From Hyaloraphidium curvatum SAG 235-1 (Eukaryota; Fungi; Monoblepharomycota), in assembly GCA_025558095.1 (NCBI GenBank), contig JAIVFI010000012.1, positions 62,001-126,000 of the forward strand: 64,000 bases of DNA. Direction: 5' to 3'. The first letter of the stretch is position 1. Every line of letters begins with the position of its first letter. Of the stretch, positions 11,501 to 21,600 are shown one piece after another. The notes below the pieces were generated by a model, which worked only from the letters and a program-made list of their open reading frames with translations, had not been told where the DNA came from and did no database searches. Position numbers and translations under genes: made by a program.

Positions 11501-12460
11501 ATGGCCGCCCCGCCGAAGCTGGCGCACGCCGAGACGCGCGCGGCCAACAGCGACGCCGCCGGGCTGCTCATGAACCGCAGCTTCCACGCCGGCTCGCGCA
11601 ACGGCCCGTGGATCTCCTTCACGACGGGGCCGTCGGTGGACTCGCTGGCATACGGTGGGGAACATTGTGAGGATGCGGTCGCGGCACCGCTGATCGCCCT
11701 CCCGCCAGTCACCTCGAAGCTGCTCAACAACGACCCCAACACAAAGAGCGGATCCGCCACCATCGTGCCCACCGAGGATGGTTGCACGCTCAACAAGGAC
11801 GTCGGCGGCAAGCCCGGCTTCTCGACCATGATGGCCGTCACGGGCACCTACGAGACCCCGCTCGGCGACTTCCCGCTCCAGGTCAAGATCCTCGACAAAG
11901 AGGGCGGCAAGATCGAGGTCTCGACCGCCGGCAAGCCCGCCGTGGTCCTGCAGGCCTACAACGCCGTGCCCCGCATCGTCGAGCTGCTCGCCAAGCCCAA
12001 CATCTCGGACGCCACGGGCCACCACGGCGCGCGCTTCGCGTGGCTCGTCAAGGGCGGCGGCGAGATCAAGTCCGGCAAGCGGGTGGACTTTGACGTGACC
12101 TACGACGAGGAGGATCCGTCGGGGACCAAGTTCAAGTGGCGCGATGCCGGCGAAGGCTCCTTCTCGACCGAGCTGTTCGGCGCCGCTGCCGAGGGCTGGC
12201 AGGAGGGCTCGCTCGACCTGGCAAAGGGCCACGTGACCCTCTCGGCCGGCGGCAAGGACCTCAAGTTCGAGGTGCACATGGAGAAGCTGGCGACGGAGAA
12301 GCACCCGGACGTCGAGTTCCCGCACCTCAAGCAGGACGGCAGCGACACCGAGTTCGCCGTGTTCCAGCGCTACCTGTTCAAGGACCTGTACGAGACCATC
12401 GGCAAGAGGATCGGGCAGGCGACGGTCGCCCCTGTGGACCCCGCAACGTCGGCGACGTGA
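11501..12460 (+). CDS. Hypothetical soluble beta-rich protein
   Basis: Strong C/G-ending codon bias; probable in-frame 54-nt intron 11655-11708; no recognisable motif. Confidence 0.7.
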   Translation: MAAPPKLAHAETRAANSDAAGLLMNRSFHAGSRNGPWISFTTGPSVDSLAYGGEHCEDAVAAPLIALPPVTSKLLNNDPNTKSGSATIVPTEDGCTLNKDVGGKPGFSTMMAVTGTYETPLGDFPLQVKILDKEGGKIEVSTAGKPAVVLQAYNAVPRIVELLAKPNISDATGHHGARFAWLVKGGGEIKSGKRVDFDVTYDEEDPSGTKFKWRDAGEGSFSTELFGAAAEGWQEGSLDLAKGHVTLSAGGKDLKFEVHMEKLATEKHPDVEFPHLKQDGSDTEFAVFQRYLFKDLYETIGKRIGQATVAPVDPATSAT

Positions 12461-12682
12461 GCGGAACGACGGGTGGGTCCTTTTGGAAAGCGTCGCGGAC
12501 GCAAGTTGATGCCTGTTCTCTTTCAGTCGATCGGTGGAGGATGGATCGTGGACGTGCGAAGAAGAGAACGGCCCCGTGGCCGCTAACTTTATCGATGGCA
12601 GGATAGCTGATAGAGTTATGAGCGGACACGTTTCCTTGGGTCCATTCTTTCGCCCGATCCGTACCGCCGCCGTTACATGCGA

Positions 12683-13474
12683 TCACTTGCTCAGCCTGTT
12701 GCGCACCTCGCTCTGCACCTTCTCGATGCCCCCCTTGATCGCCTTGCCCGCCGTCTCCTCCACCTTGGCGAAGCCCGCGTCGATCCTGGCCTCGTGCTTG
12801 CGGAAGAAGGGCGCGATGAGCATGTGGTACACCGTCGTGGCTGGCAACACGGTCCGGGTCAGCAGCAGTTGCCGGCGACAAGGTCGACGGACGCACCGCC
12901 GTTGGTGAAGGGCAGCCACAGCCAGATGACGAAGCCGATCTTGATGAAGGGGTACAGCGGCACCCACTCCAGCAGCCCGTCGACGTGGTCGACGAGCTTC
13001 AGCAGCCCGAAGACGGACCAGTAGCAGAGCCACTGGATGTCGTCCCTGCCGCGTGCGGGTGAGCCTCAACGGCGGGGGGAAGGATGGGGGACGCACTGCG
13101 GGTCGGTCGTCTGCGTCGCCTTGAAGGAGAGGTACACGGGGACGGGAATGGCGGCGAGGTCGGCGAAGAGCTCGCCGAGGCGGAGTTGGCTGTCGGGGAA
13201 CGAACGGGGAGGTGGTGGAGAGGGATGGGGCGGCCGAAACGGTTCCGCGGCCGGAATTCCCGCCGGAAAAGGGCGGAAGACGGGCAGCACCGAGAATGAA
13301 GTTGTTGCAAGCCGAGAAACGGCGGCCGAGAGCCCCAGGAGCGCAGAGGAAAGCGGGCAACAGTGAGCCGGGCTCCGTGGTCCGACGCGCCGACACCCAC
13401 AACACCGCCACGGCGGCGCCCACGGCCAGCACGATGCCGACGGCGTACATAATGGGGCTCGTTTTCTCGGCCAT
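12683..13474 (-). CDS. TB2/DP1/HVA22 (Yop1/REEP-like) ER-shaping protein, multi-exon
   Basis: PVYLSFKA, DDIQWLCYW, WVPLYPFIKIGFVIWLWLP, VYHMLIAPFFRKHEARID after splicing. Confidence 0.85.
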   Translation of the reverse strand: MAEKTSPIMYAVGIVLAVGAAVAVLWVSARRTTEPGSLLPAFLCAPGALGRRFSACNNFILGAARLPPFSGGNSGRGTVSAAPSLSTTSPFVPRQPTPPRRALRRPRRHSRPRVPLLQGDADDRPAVRPPSFPPPLRLTRTRQGRHPVALLLVRLRAAEARRPRRRAAGVGAAVPLHQDRLRHLAVAALHQRRCVRRPCRRQLLLTRTVLPATTVYHMLIAPFFRKHEARIDAGFAKVEETAGKAIKGGIEKVQSEVRNRLSK

Positions 13475-13887
13475 TTGCGGCGCGTTTCTCGGGTCTGCGG
13501 GGACGAGGAGGGTGAGCCGCAGGTCTCGGCGCGGGGGGCATCCCGCGGCCGCGGCGGGAGGAGGCCGGGCGGCCGGGCGGCGGCCGCCGCGGAACGCAAA
13601 AGGGAAGGGGCGCGGAGTTTCATTCACCTCGGCGGGCGGCGTGGGCGAAAGGTCGGCGGAACGCGGGAGAGAAGGGGTCCCTGGATGCGACGACCCTGAC
13701 GACGATCGGACCCGACGCGGCGGCGAAGGACGGGCCGCTTCAACTTGTCCGTGTCGGGTCCAACTAATTCGAGCGGAGCTCTGGTTGTTCGGGCCCATGG
13801 CAGAAAAAAGCGACGTTGGGCCTCGTCCAGTCCCCCGAGCCGAGTCATCGATCGACGCTCCTTGCTCCACTTTGCTCTCGGAACAAG

Positions 13888-14639
13888 ATGCGCCCACCCC
13901 ACCACCTCCTCCTCTTCTTCCTCCTTTTCCTCCCTTTCATCCTGACCCCCTCGGCAGCGGCGGCACGCTCCGTCCCTCCTCCTCCGCCACGCCGGACAAC
14001 CGGAGACAGAAAGCAATCAATTCCAGTTCTCCCACCCGGACGACCTCGACGTCGTCGGATACCTCCGCAGCCTGTGCTACCTCCGCTTCCTCCGGCGCCT
14101 GCCGTGGCGGCCGGAAGCCGTGGTCGTGCAGACCCCCAGGCACTCCCGGCGCGGAGTCGAGTCGGCGGTGCCGGTGGCGTACGGCCTGCGGATCCCGATC
14201 CTGGTGTGCTGCCGCAAGTTCGACGTGCGGGGGCTGGTGAGGTTCCTGGAGGGCAGGGAGGAGGAGACGGTGCTGGTGCTCTGGTGGGGAAGGGTGATGC
14301 CAGCGATCGCGCGGGCGCTGGGCGTGCCGCGGGGGGAGGTGCCGCGGTGGCCGAACCATTGGAACGGGTGGGCCGTCGCCGTGCTTCCTCGGTGTCGGGA
14401 ACCGCTGACGCGGCGGCAGGTCCTCGGTCCTGTGGGTCATCGGCGTGCCCGATCGGGGCGAGGGCTGGCAAAATACCCCGAGCACCCTCGAGCAGGTACA
14501 TATGGAGGGATGCGATCCCGAGGGCGAGAGGGAGAGGTACTGCCTGCGCTCGGTGTGGCTGCCGGGCCTGCCGCGGCCGGATCTGGTGCGGCACGTGCCG
14601 GACGAGCCGCCTCCGGATGGGGTGGTCGGGCAGCGATGA
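13888..14639 (+). CDS. Secreted protein, possibly a degenerate histidine-phosphatase/PGM-like fold
   Basis: Signal peptide MRPPHHLLLFFLLFLPFIL; predicted introns 13972-14026 and ~14368-14419 give one frame with R.VESAVPVA..L.IPI and VLVLW..MPAIARALG..P.WP; no RHG motif. Confidence 0.5.
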
Positions 14640-14831
14640 CGATGGAATTGGCGGAGGTCGCACGTATCAATCGGCAGCAGAGTCATTGATTGTACATAGG
14701 AAGAAGTCCATACACCATCCGTCATCCAAGCATCCGTCAAAGCGCAGCGGAATGGCAAAAGCATGTCGACCGGGGTATCATCTTGGGCCAGCAGGCCCGC
14801 ACGCGGGCAACAGAGCGTGCCGGAAGGCTGT

Positions 14832-16227
14832 TCAGCTGATGGGCTTGGGTCTGCCGTGGTACTTGTGGTACAGCGCGCACGGGTTGCCTGTCATCGTCGG
14901 ACAGAGTCAGGTGCCGTTCCCGTCGGGACTGCAAAGCACCCACAGAGCAGGTTCCCCCCCGGATCCCTCCTCCACGCCGTCGTCTTCCTCGAGTCGCAGT
15001 TGCTGCACGCCTTCCCCCCCTGCTGTGCCCCGGAGGGTGCCGGTGCGGCGCCGGGTGGGACCGAGGCGTGCTTGCGGGGTGGGCGGCGCCGGTTCCTGGG
15101 GTCGCCGCCCCACTCGCTCCCGCTGCTCTCGGTCGGCGACTCGCCTTGTTGATGCGCGCCCGAGAAATCGACGGCGGCTGCGGCCTCCGTGAGCATCCGC
15201 AGCGGATCGGCGCCGGATTGGAGCGGCGGCGCGGAGAGCGGGCCCGACGAGGGCGTGCGCGGGGGTTTGCGGCGGGCGGGGGAGCGTTTCGAGGAGGAAG
15301 AGGTGGCGGAGAGGGGCGTGTGGACGAGGTCGATGCCCGCGAGGGAAGAGGGGAGGTCCTCGGTGAGGGTGGCGGTGGAGGCAAAGGCGGAGGAGGAGGG
15401 GGCGCGAATGGCGCGCATGTCGAGCTTGGGGGGCTACCGACATGAGGGGGAGAGGTAAGATTACAAGAGAGGAGGTAGCAGGTGAGGGAAAGCACGGTGG
15501 CACGCAGGAATGGTTTGACAGGAGGGACGAGAAGTTTGACAGGTCAGCGAATCCGGCCCGAAGAAAGCACCGCAGCCAGCAGAGCACCCACAATGCTTTT
15601 GGTCGAAGCCCTTCTGGGCTTCGGCGGAGAAGCCCCCGCCAGCCTGGCCAGCTCCGGCGGAGGCCCGACGAACGGCCTCTCCCCCGCCTGCATCTGCGCC
15701 AGCTCGGCCCACTTGCGCTGCAGCAGCCTCGCGCCCTCCTCCAAATTCCTCTTCTCTCTCTCGATGTCCGCTTTTTCCCTCTCGAGCTGCAGCGCCTCCC
15801 TGTGCCGCCGCATCTCGAGCTCGTGCTCGGCCTGCGCGGCACCCAGCGCCCTCTCCCTCGCCAGCATCTGCCTGTGCTCTGCCGCCGCCGCTGCAGCAAG
15901 CTGCACCAGCGGGTCGTCTGGGTTGCCCGCGGTCTCGTCGTCCGAGTCCACGGGGGCCGGCAGGTGCGCGCGGGCCGAGTGCAGCGGCGCGCGCGAGGCG
16001 AGAATCTCGACAATGGCGGGCGGGTGCACGGTCTTCATCGCGGGGCGCGGGGCAAAGGCCGGCGGGGGTATCGGCGCCGGGATGTGCTGCGGGCGGGGGG
16101 CGGGGGGCGCGTGTGCCGCGGCGGGGCCGGGGAGGGCCGCCGGGGTGTTTGCGGGGCGCGGGACGGCTTGCGCGGCGGGTGGCGACGGCCGCGGCGGGCG
16201 CTGAAGAAAGTACGGCTGCGATGCCAT
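14832..16227 (-). CDS. GATA-type zinc-finger transcription factor (multi-exon)
   Basis: C-terminal CSNCDSRKTTAWRRDPGGNLL|CNPCALYHKYHGRPKP (CX2CX17CX2C) split by an intron; Pro-rich N-terminus and central coiled coil. Confidence 0.82.
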
Positions 16228-17289
16228 CGACCGGCCGCGGCGGGCGGGGCGCTCGAGAGGGCGCCCAAACAGTCACCCCGGTCGGCTCGGGGGACGCACG
16301 CCCGGGGCAAACAGGTGCCGCCGGACCCGGGGCAACAATTAAGCAGGGCGAATCGGCCAAATGGCGAGCAGATGCAGCAAGTGGAGCCCGGGGAATGCGC
16401 CGGCGGGTGGGCAATTCCGGCGGTGTTGTTGTTGCCGCGCACTTCAACCGGAGTGGTGATGAGCCGTGATCAACACCGGCCCAAACACTCGCGGGAGGCA
16501 GGTCAGCGTCGTTGCCGGCATGTTGTAACTGGTAGAAAGGCAGAATGCCGGCTCCCCCTTTTTCCCTTTCTCCCCTCCCTCTCTCGCGGAAGCGGCGAAT
16601 CCATCTCGGCATCTGTTGGACGGGACTGATGGGAGCAGGGGCAAGGCCATTCCTGTTTCCGAGCCCCGTTCATATCGTCAAACGATGCGAACAGCATTCT
16701 CTGCTACAAATGGAGCGATTCAGGGCCGGCCGAAGCGGCGTCCAAGCTGGTCAGATCGACAGCCGGGTCACCAATGCCTTGTCCCTACTCCTCTGCCTCT
16801 AGCTTCAAATAAGTGTCAGAAACAGCTTAGCCTTAAGTAGCCTCTCATGGTAACTGCAGGGTTGCGATTACTCTGCACCTTTTCAGACTACCTGCGTTGA
16901 GAGGAGGTGGTTCCCCACAAGTTGCGATGCTCGGTGTTAATTCTTGAAGACAAGACTTTGATTTTATCCGGTTCACTGTTCATCCCCGACTATTGACAGT
17001 CACTGATCCCTATGATCATTTACATCTATGTATGCTGTGTGTGACGGAGAGAAACCAGGAAAGAGGAGCGCAAGCCGCTTCTAGAACAACCCTGCCACGC
17101 TAAGCCATGCGAGGCTGTGAAGCCACATACGCAACAATCAAGCAGGCTGGTTGTGTCGAGAGATAGACGGTGGTGGATACTGAGCTCTCCGGGTGGTGGC
17201 GGGCACACACTTCAGACAATGCATTGTTGTCAGGAACCTTTCATCATATAGCCACATGTCTCAATCCAGCAATACTTGGAGTAGATTCG

Positions 17290-17420
17290 TGTAACGCGCC
17301 GGCGTCGGGGCAAGGGGGACGGTGGTCCCCGGCGAGGGAAGACTAGGCGCAGTGCTGTGTAGTGACTCCTCAACGTCGTCAACACAGGTCTTTACGGGTC
17401 CCCCGCGCCCCGTCCTGACA
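17290..17420 (+). repeat. 5' LTR (131 bp)
   Basis: TGTAACGCGCC...CGTCCTGACA; identical to 22638-22768. Confidence 0.97.
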
Positions 17421-17422
17421 GT

Positions 17423-17433
17423 TTGACGACGTT
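17423..17433 (+). promoter_or_regulatory. Self-priming primer-binding site
   Basis: TTGACGACGTT is the exact reverse complement of LTR-internal AACGTCGTCAA (17372-17382); no TGG tRNA-type PBS. Confidence 0.85.
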
Positions 17434-17485
17434 CCAACCCTGAATCCACGTTTCCCGTTCCCCGTGACCTCGCCCTCGGTGCAGC

Positions 17486-18679
17486 ATGGCTGGCGCCGAC
17501 GCTCTCCGCGATCTCCTCTCCGCGACCCCGGACCCCCAGACTCCCGTCGAAGTCCTTATCGAGCGCGAAAGGGTTTTCCTTGATACCCTCGAGCCGCAGG
17601 AGCGTGCTGCTTTCGTCAGCTTCTTGGACGCCCTCGGCGACGCTCAGCCCGAGTTCATCGCGCTCCCGATCCGTGCCCAAGTCGCCACCTACCGCGCTTC
17701 CCAAGCAACCCACGTCGCGCAGCACGCTCCTCTGTCTGCTCCGATTTCGGTGTCCGCCGCTGCGCTCACGGACGCGTTTGTCGGCTCTGTCGCGCGCATG
17801 GGGTTCCTGCCCCAGCACGCCGCTGCTGCCCCAACCGCGAAACCGATCAACGTGCCTACCCCGGACAAGTTCGACGGGACCGATCACGCACGCACCCGTT
17901 ACTTCATGATGCAGGTCGACAACGCGCTCGAGCTCAAGCCGGAGCTTGCCTCGGACGCCCAAAAGATCGCGTTCTTCAGTCTGCTTCTCAAGGGCGATGC
18001 GCTCCGCTGGTTTGCTGCCCAGCAGAGCAGCTCCGGGACGATTGCGCCCTCGTGGATCTCGCTTCGCGAGGAGTTTCTCTCTACCTTTCAGATGCCACTT
18101 CGACACACTTCCGCCGTCAATGCGCTCCATGCACTCGTCCAGAAGCCCGGGCATCTGGCCGAATACGCAGTCGAATTTGAAAGCCTGAAGCCGGATGTCG
18201 AGGGCTACAGTGATGCCACGTTCATGGATATGTTCCTGGCTGGCCTCTCCGCGGAGATCGTGAACCAGATGGGCCAGCATTCGAAGCCCAGCACGTACCA
18301 GGAAGCGAAGAAGATCGCATTTGCTGCTCAAGTTCGCCTCTCCGAGCAGCAAGCTGCGCTGCGCAAAGCTCGGAGCCGCGACCGGCCCACCTCTGGGTAT
18401 CCCTACCCCGGAGCGATGCAGTCGGTGCCCATCGGATCGCATGTCTCTCCGGCAGCTCCTTCCGCAAGTGCTTCCGGCTCCGTGCCGATGGTGCTGGGCT
18501 CCGCGTCTGCATCTGGCCAGCCGGGCGGGGCTTCAGGCTCGGCGTCCTCAGGGTCGCGCGCCAAGCTGACGCCGGAGGAGCGCCAGCGCCGCCTTCGCGA
18601 GGGGCTCTGCATTTACTGTGGTCAGCCCGGTCACGTCAAGGCCTTTTGCCCCGCCAAGTCTGCATCGTCGTCTTTTTGA
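17486..18679 (+). CDS. gag: Retrotransposon Gag
   Basis: PDKFDG, LKGDALRW, YAVEFESL, and zinc knuckle CIYCGQPGHVKAFC. Confidence 0.95.
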   Translation: MAGADALRDLLSATPDPQTPVEVLIERERVFLDTLEPQERAAFVSFLDALGDAQPEFIALPIRAQVATYRASQATHVAQHAPLSAPISVSAAALTDAFVGSVARMGFLPQHAAAAPTAKPINVPTPDKFDGTDHARTRYFMMQVDNALELKPELASDAQKIAFFSLLLKGDALRWFAAQQSSSGTIAPSWISLREEFLSTFQMPLRHTSAVNALHALVQKPGHLAEYAVEFESLKPDVEGYSDATFMDMFLAGLSAEIVNQMGQHSKPSTYQEAKKIAFAAQVRLSEQQAALRKARSRDRPTSGYPYPGAMQSVPIGSHVSPAAPSASASGSVPMVLGSASASGQPGGASGSASSGSRAKLTPEERQRRLREGLCIYCGQPGHVKAFCPAKSASSSF

Positions 18680-21600
18680 AACGCCAGCTCGGATTCCGGG
18701 GCACCTCCGACGCTGGCGATGCCAATACAAGTCTTCAGTTTTCCCGTGCCCCTTGCTTGGCGGCGTCTTCCGGGCGGCCGCCATTTCCTCTGCTCCGGTC
18801 CGACCCGGTTCCTTCCTTCGTCATTCCCGTGCGCATCGTGCTTCCGGACGGCCGGCTTCGGATCGTGGACGCACTCGTGGACTCCGGCGCCGACGCCTGC
18901 TTCATGGACGAGGCTTTCGCGCGCTGCGTTGGATACTCGTGCTTGCAGCGCTCCACGCCTTTCGGGCTCGACGTGGTGGACGGGCGGCCTATTTCGTCGG
19001 GCGACGTCACCCAGGAGACGGAGCCCGTCGCACTGACAGCCGATGGCATTACCGTCGGAGTCAGCTTCAACATCATCAGCGCGTCGATTCCGGTCGTTCT
19101 CGGACTCTCGTACCTCGAGTTCGTGAACGCGGCGCTCGATTGGTCCCGTCGATCCCTGCGGATCCCTCGCCCGTTCGCACCGGGAGTTTCCCCGCCGTTG
19201 AGCGCGCCTAAGGCTCCGGCGGCGGATCAGGAACCGCCAAAGACAAGCCCGGCTGAAGGCGCCAGCCGGGCGGCCCCGGTGGACGTATCCGTCTCTGCCG
19301 GTGGATGTCTCCCAGCTGCTGACCCCGCCTCCAGCCAGGCCAGCGACCGGACCATCCTCGAGGACATCACGGAGTCCGAATACCCACACACGGCTTCTTT
19401 TTCGGCTTCCATGGGATCGGACGACGCAGGCAGACCTCCGCAGGCAGTCCCCTTGGGCCGCGGGGTCGACGAACAACCGCCGAGGCCAACCCCGGCCGAT
19501 GGGACCGGTCGGGGCGCGCCTCCGGAAGTACCTCCGCCTCCGCCGCCTAAGGTGAAGATCGCTAATCTCTCGGCGCGCCAGTTTGTCGCCGAGATGCGTC
19601 GCGAGCGCAAGGACGCACAGATCTTCGTCGCCATGGTCTCCGACCCCGCCGCGCGCGCTGCAAGCGCGGCCGCCGCCGAGCCCACGGTCCCATCGCAGTA
19701 CGCCGACTTCGCGGACGTCTTCGACCCGGACAAGCCTGCATCGTCACTGCCGCCGCATCGTCCCGGTTTCGATTGCGCAATCGAACTCGAAGAAGGGGCA
19801 GTCCCTCCTTCTGGACGTCTCCACGGCCTCTCCGAAGTCGAATCCGAGGCACTCCGGAAGCACATCGAAGAGCTTTCCGCATCGGGGCGTCTCCGCCCTT
19901 CGGATTCTCCGAGCGGGGTTCCAGTCATCTTTGCAAAGAAGAAGGACGGCGGGCTTCGCGTCTGCGAGGATTACCGCGGTCTCAACCGGATCACGAAGCG
20001 AGACCGCTACCCGATCCCGCTCATTTCCGACCTTCTGGACCGCCTCTCCCGTGCCAAGATCTTCACCAAGCTGGATCTCCGCGAAGCCTACCGTCAGATT
20101 CGCGTCCGCGAAGGAGACGAGTGGAAGACGGCTTTCCGCACCCGCTACGGCCAGTTCGAGTACCTCGTCATGCCCATGGGCCTCATGAATGCGCCGGCCA
20201 TCTTCCAGCGCTTCATGCACAGCATCTTCCATGACGTACTCGACATCTTCGTCGCGATCTACCTCGACGACATCTTGATCTTCTCAGAGAACGAAGCCGA
20301 TCACGCGGGGCATGTGCGCCAGGTTCTGCAGCGCCTCCGGGACAACCACCTGTACGCGAAGCTCTCCAAGTGTTCGTTCGATGTTACGACCGTCGAGTAC
20401 GCCGGGTTCATCGTGGGCGACGGCAAGGTCATCATGGACCCCTCCAAGGTCGAGTCCATCACCTCATGGCCCGAGCCTGCGACCCTTCGCCAGCTCCAAA
20501 GCTTCCTCGGCTTTGCCAACTTCTACCGCTGCTTCATCAAGGACTACGCGCAGATCACACTTCCGCTCACGGACCTCACTAAGCTCAAGCCGGGCGATCC
20601 GTTCCGTTTCACGCCGGAAGCTCGCGCAGCCTTCGATGCGCTCAAATCCGCTTTCACTTCGGCTCCGTTCCTGCGTAACGCCGATCCAGCCGTTCCGTAC
20701 ACAGTTGAGGCAGATGCTTCCGACTTCGCCCTCGGAGCCGTGCTGTCGCAGCCCGCCCCCAACGACGGGCTTATGCATCCCGTGGCGTTTCATTCCCGGA
20801 AGTTCCAGCCGGCGGAGATCAACTACCCGATCTACGACAAGGAGCTACTCGCAGTTGTCGACGCGTTCAAGGCGTGGCGGCGATACCTCGAGGGTAGCCC
20901 GCATAAAGTCGACGTCTTCACGGACCACAAGAACCTGGAGTACTTCATGAAGCAGCAGATGCTCAATCGCCGTCAGGCTCGATGGGCCATGACCCTCGCG
21001 GGCTACGACTTTGTTTTGAAGCATCGACCCGGCACCGATCAAGTCGTCGCCGACGCGCTTTCTCGCCGCTCCGACTACGTTCCGGGCAACTTCGACGATG
21101 TCTCTACGCAACAGCGCGTCACGCTCCTCGGGCCGCACCTGGTCGCCGCGCTCCACGCGACTTCGTTGGATTTACTGGACATGATCCGTCGCGATACGGC
21201 CAAGGACCCATTCGCCCGTCGCATTATCGCTCTTCTGGAGGCTCACGACGCGTCCGTTTCTCGTTTCCATCTTCTCGATGGCGTTCTCTACCGCGACGGT
21301 CTCATCTTCGTGCCGGTCGGCAAGTCTCGGACGGAGCTTCTCCGAACCCGTCACGATGCCGTTACTGCCGGCCACTTCGGAATTCGCAAGACTGTGGAGC
21401 TCATATTGCGAGATTTTTGGTGGCCGCGTGTTTGGGACACCGTCGCCCGCTACATTCGGAGCTGCGAGACGTGCACGCGAACCAAGGCCCCGCGCCATGC
21501 CCCGCACGGCCTTCTCCAGCCACTTCCAATCCCGGACGGACCTTGGCGTTCGATCAGTATGGACTTCGTCACCGACCTGCCCCAGTCCGAGGGATTCGAC

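Noticed and set aside
15513-15543. 10-bp direct repeat GTTTGACAGG
   Set aside because: Short, intronic, plausibly a local duplication without function.
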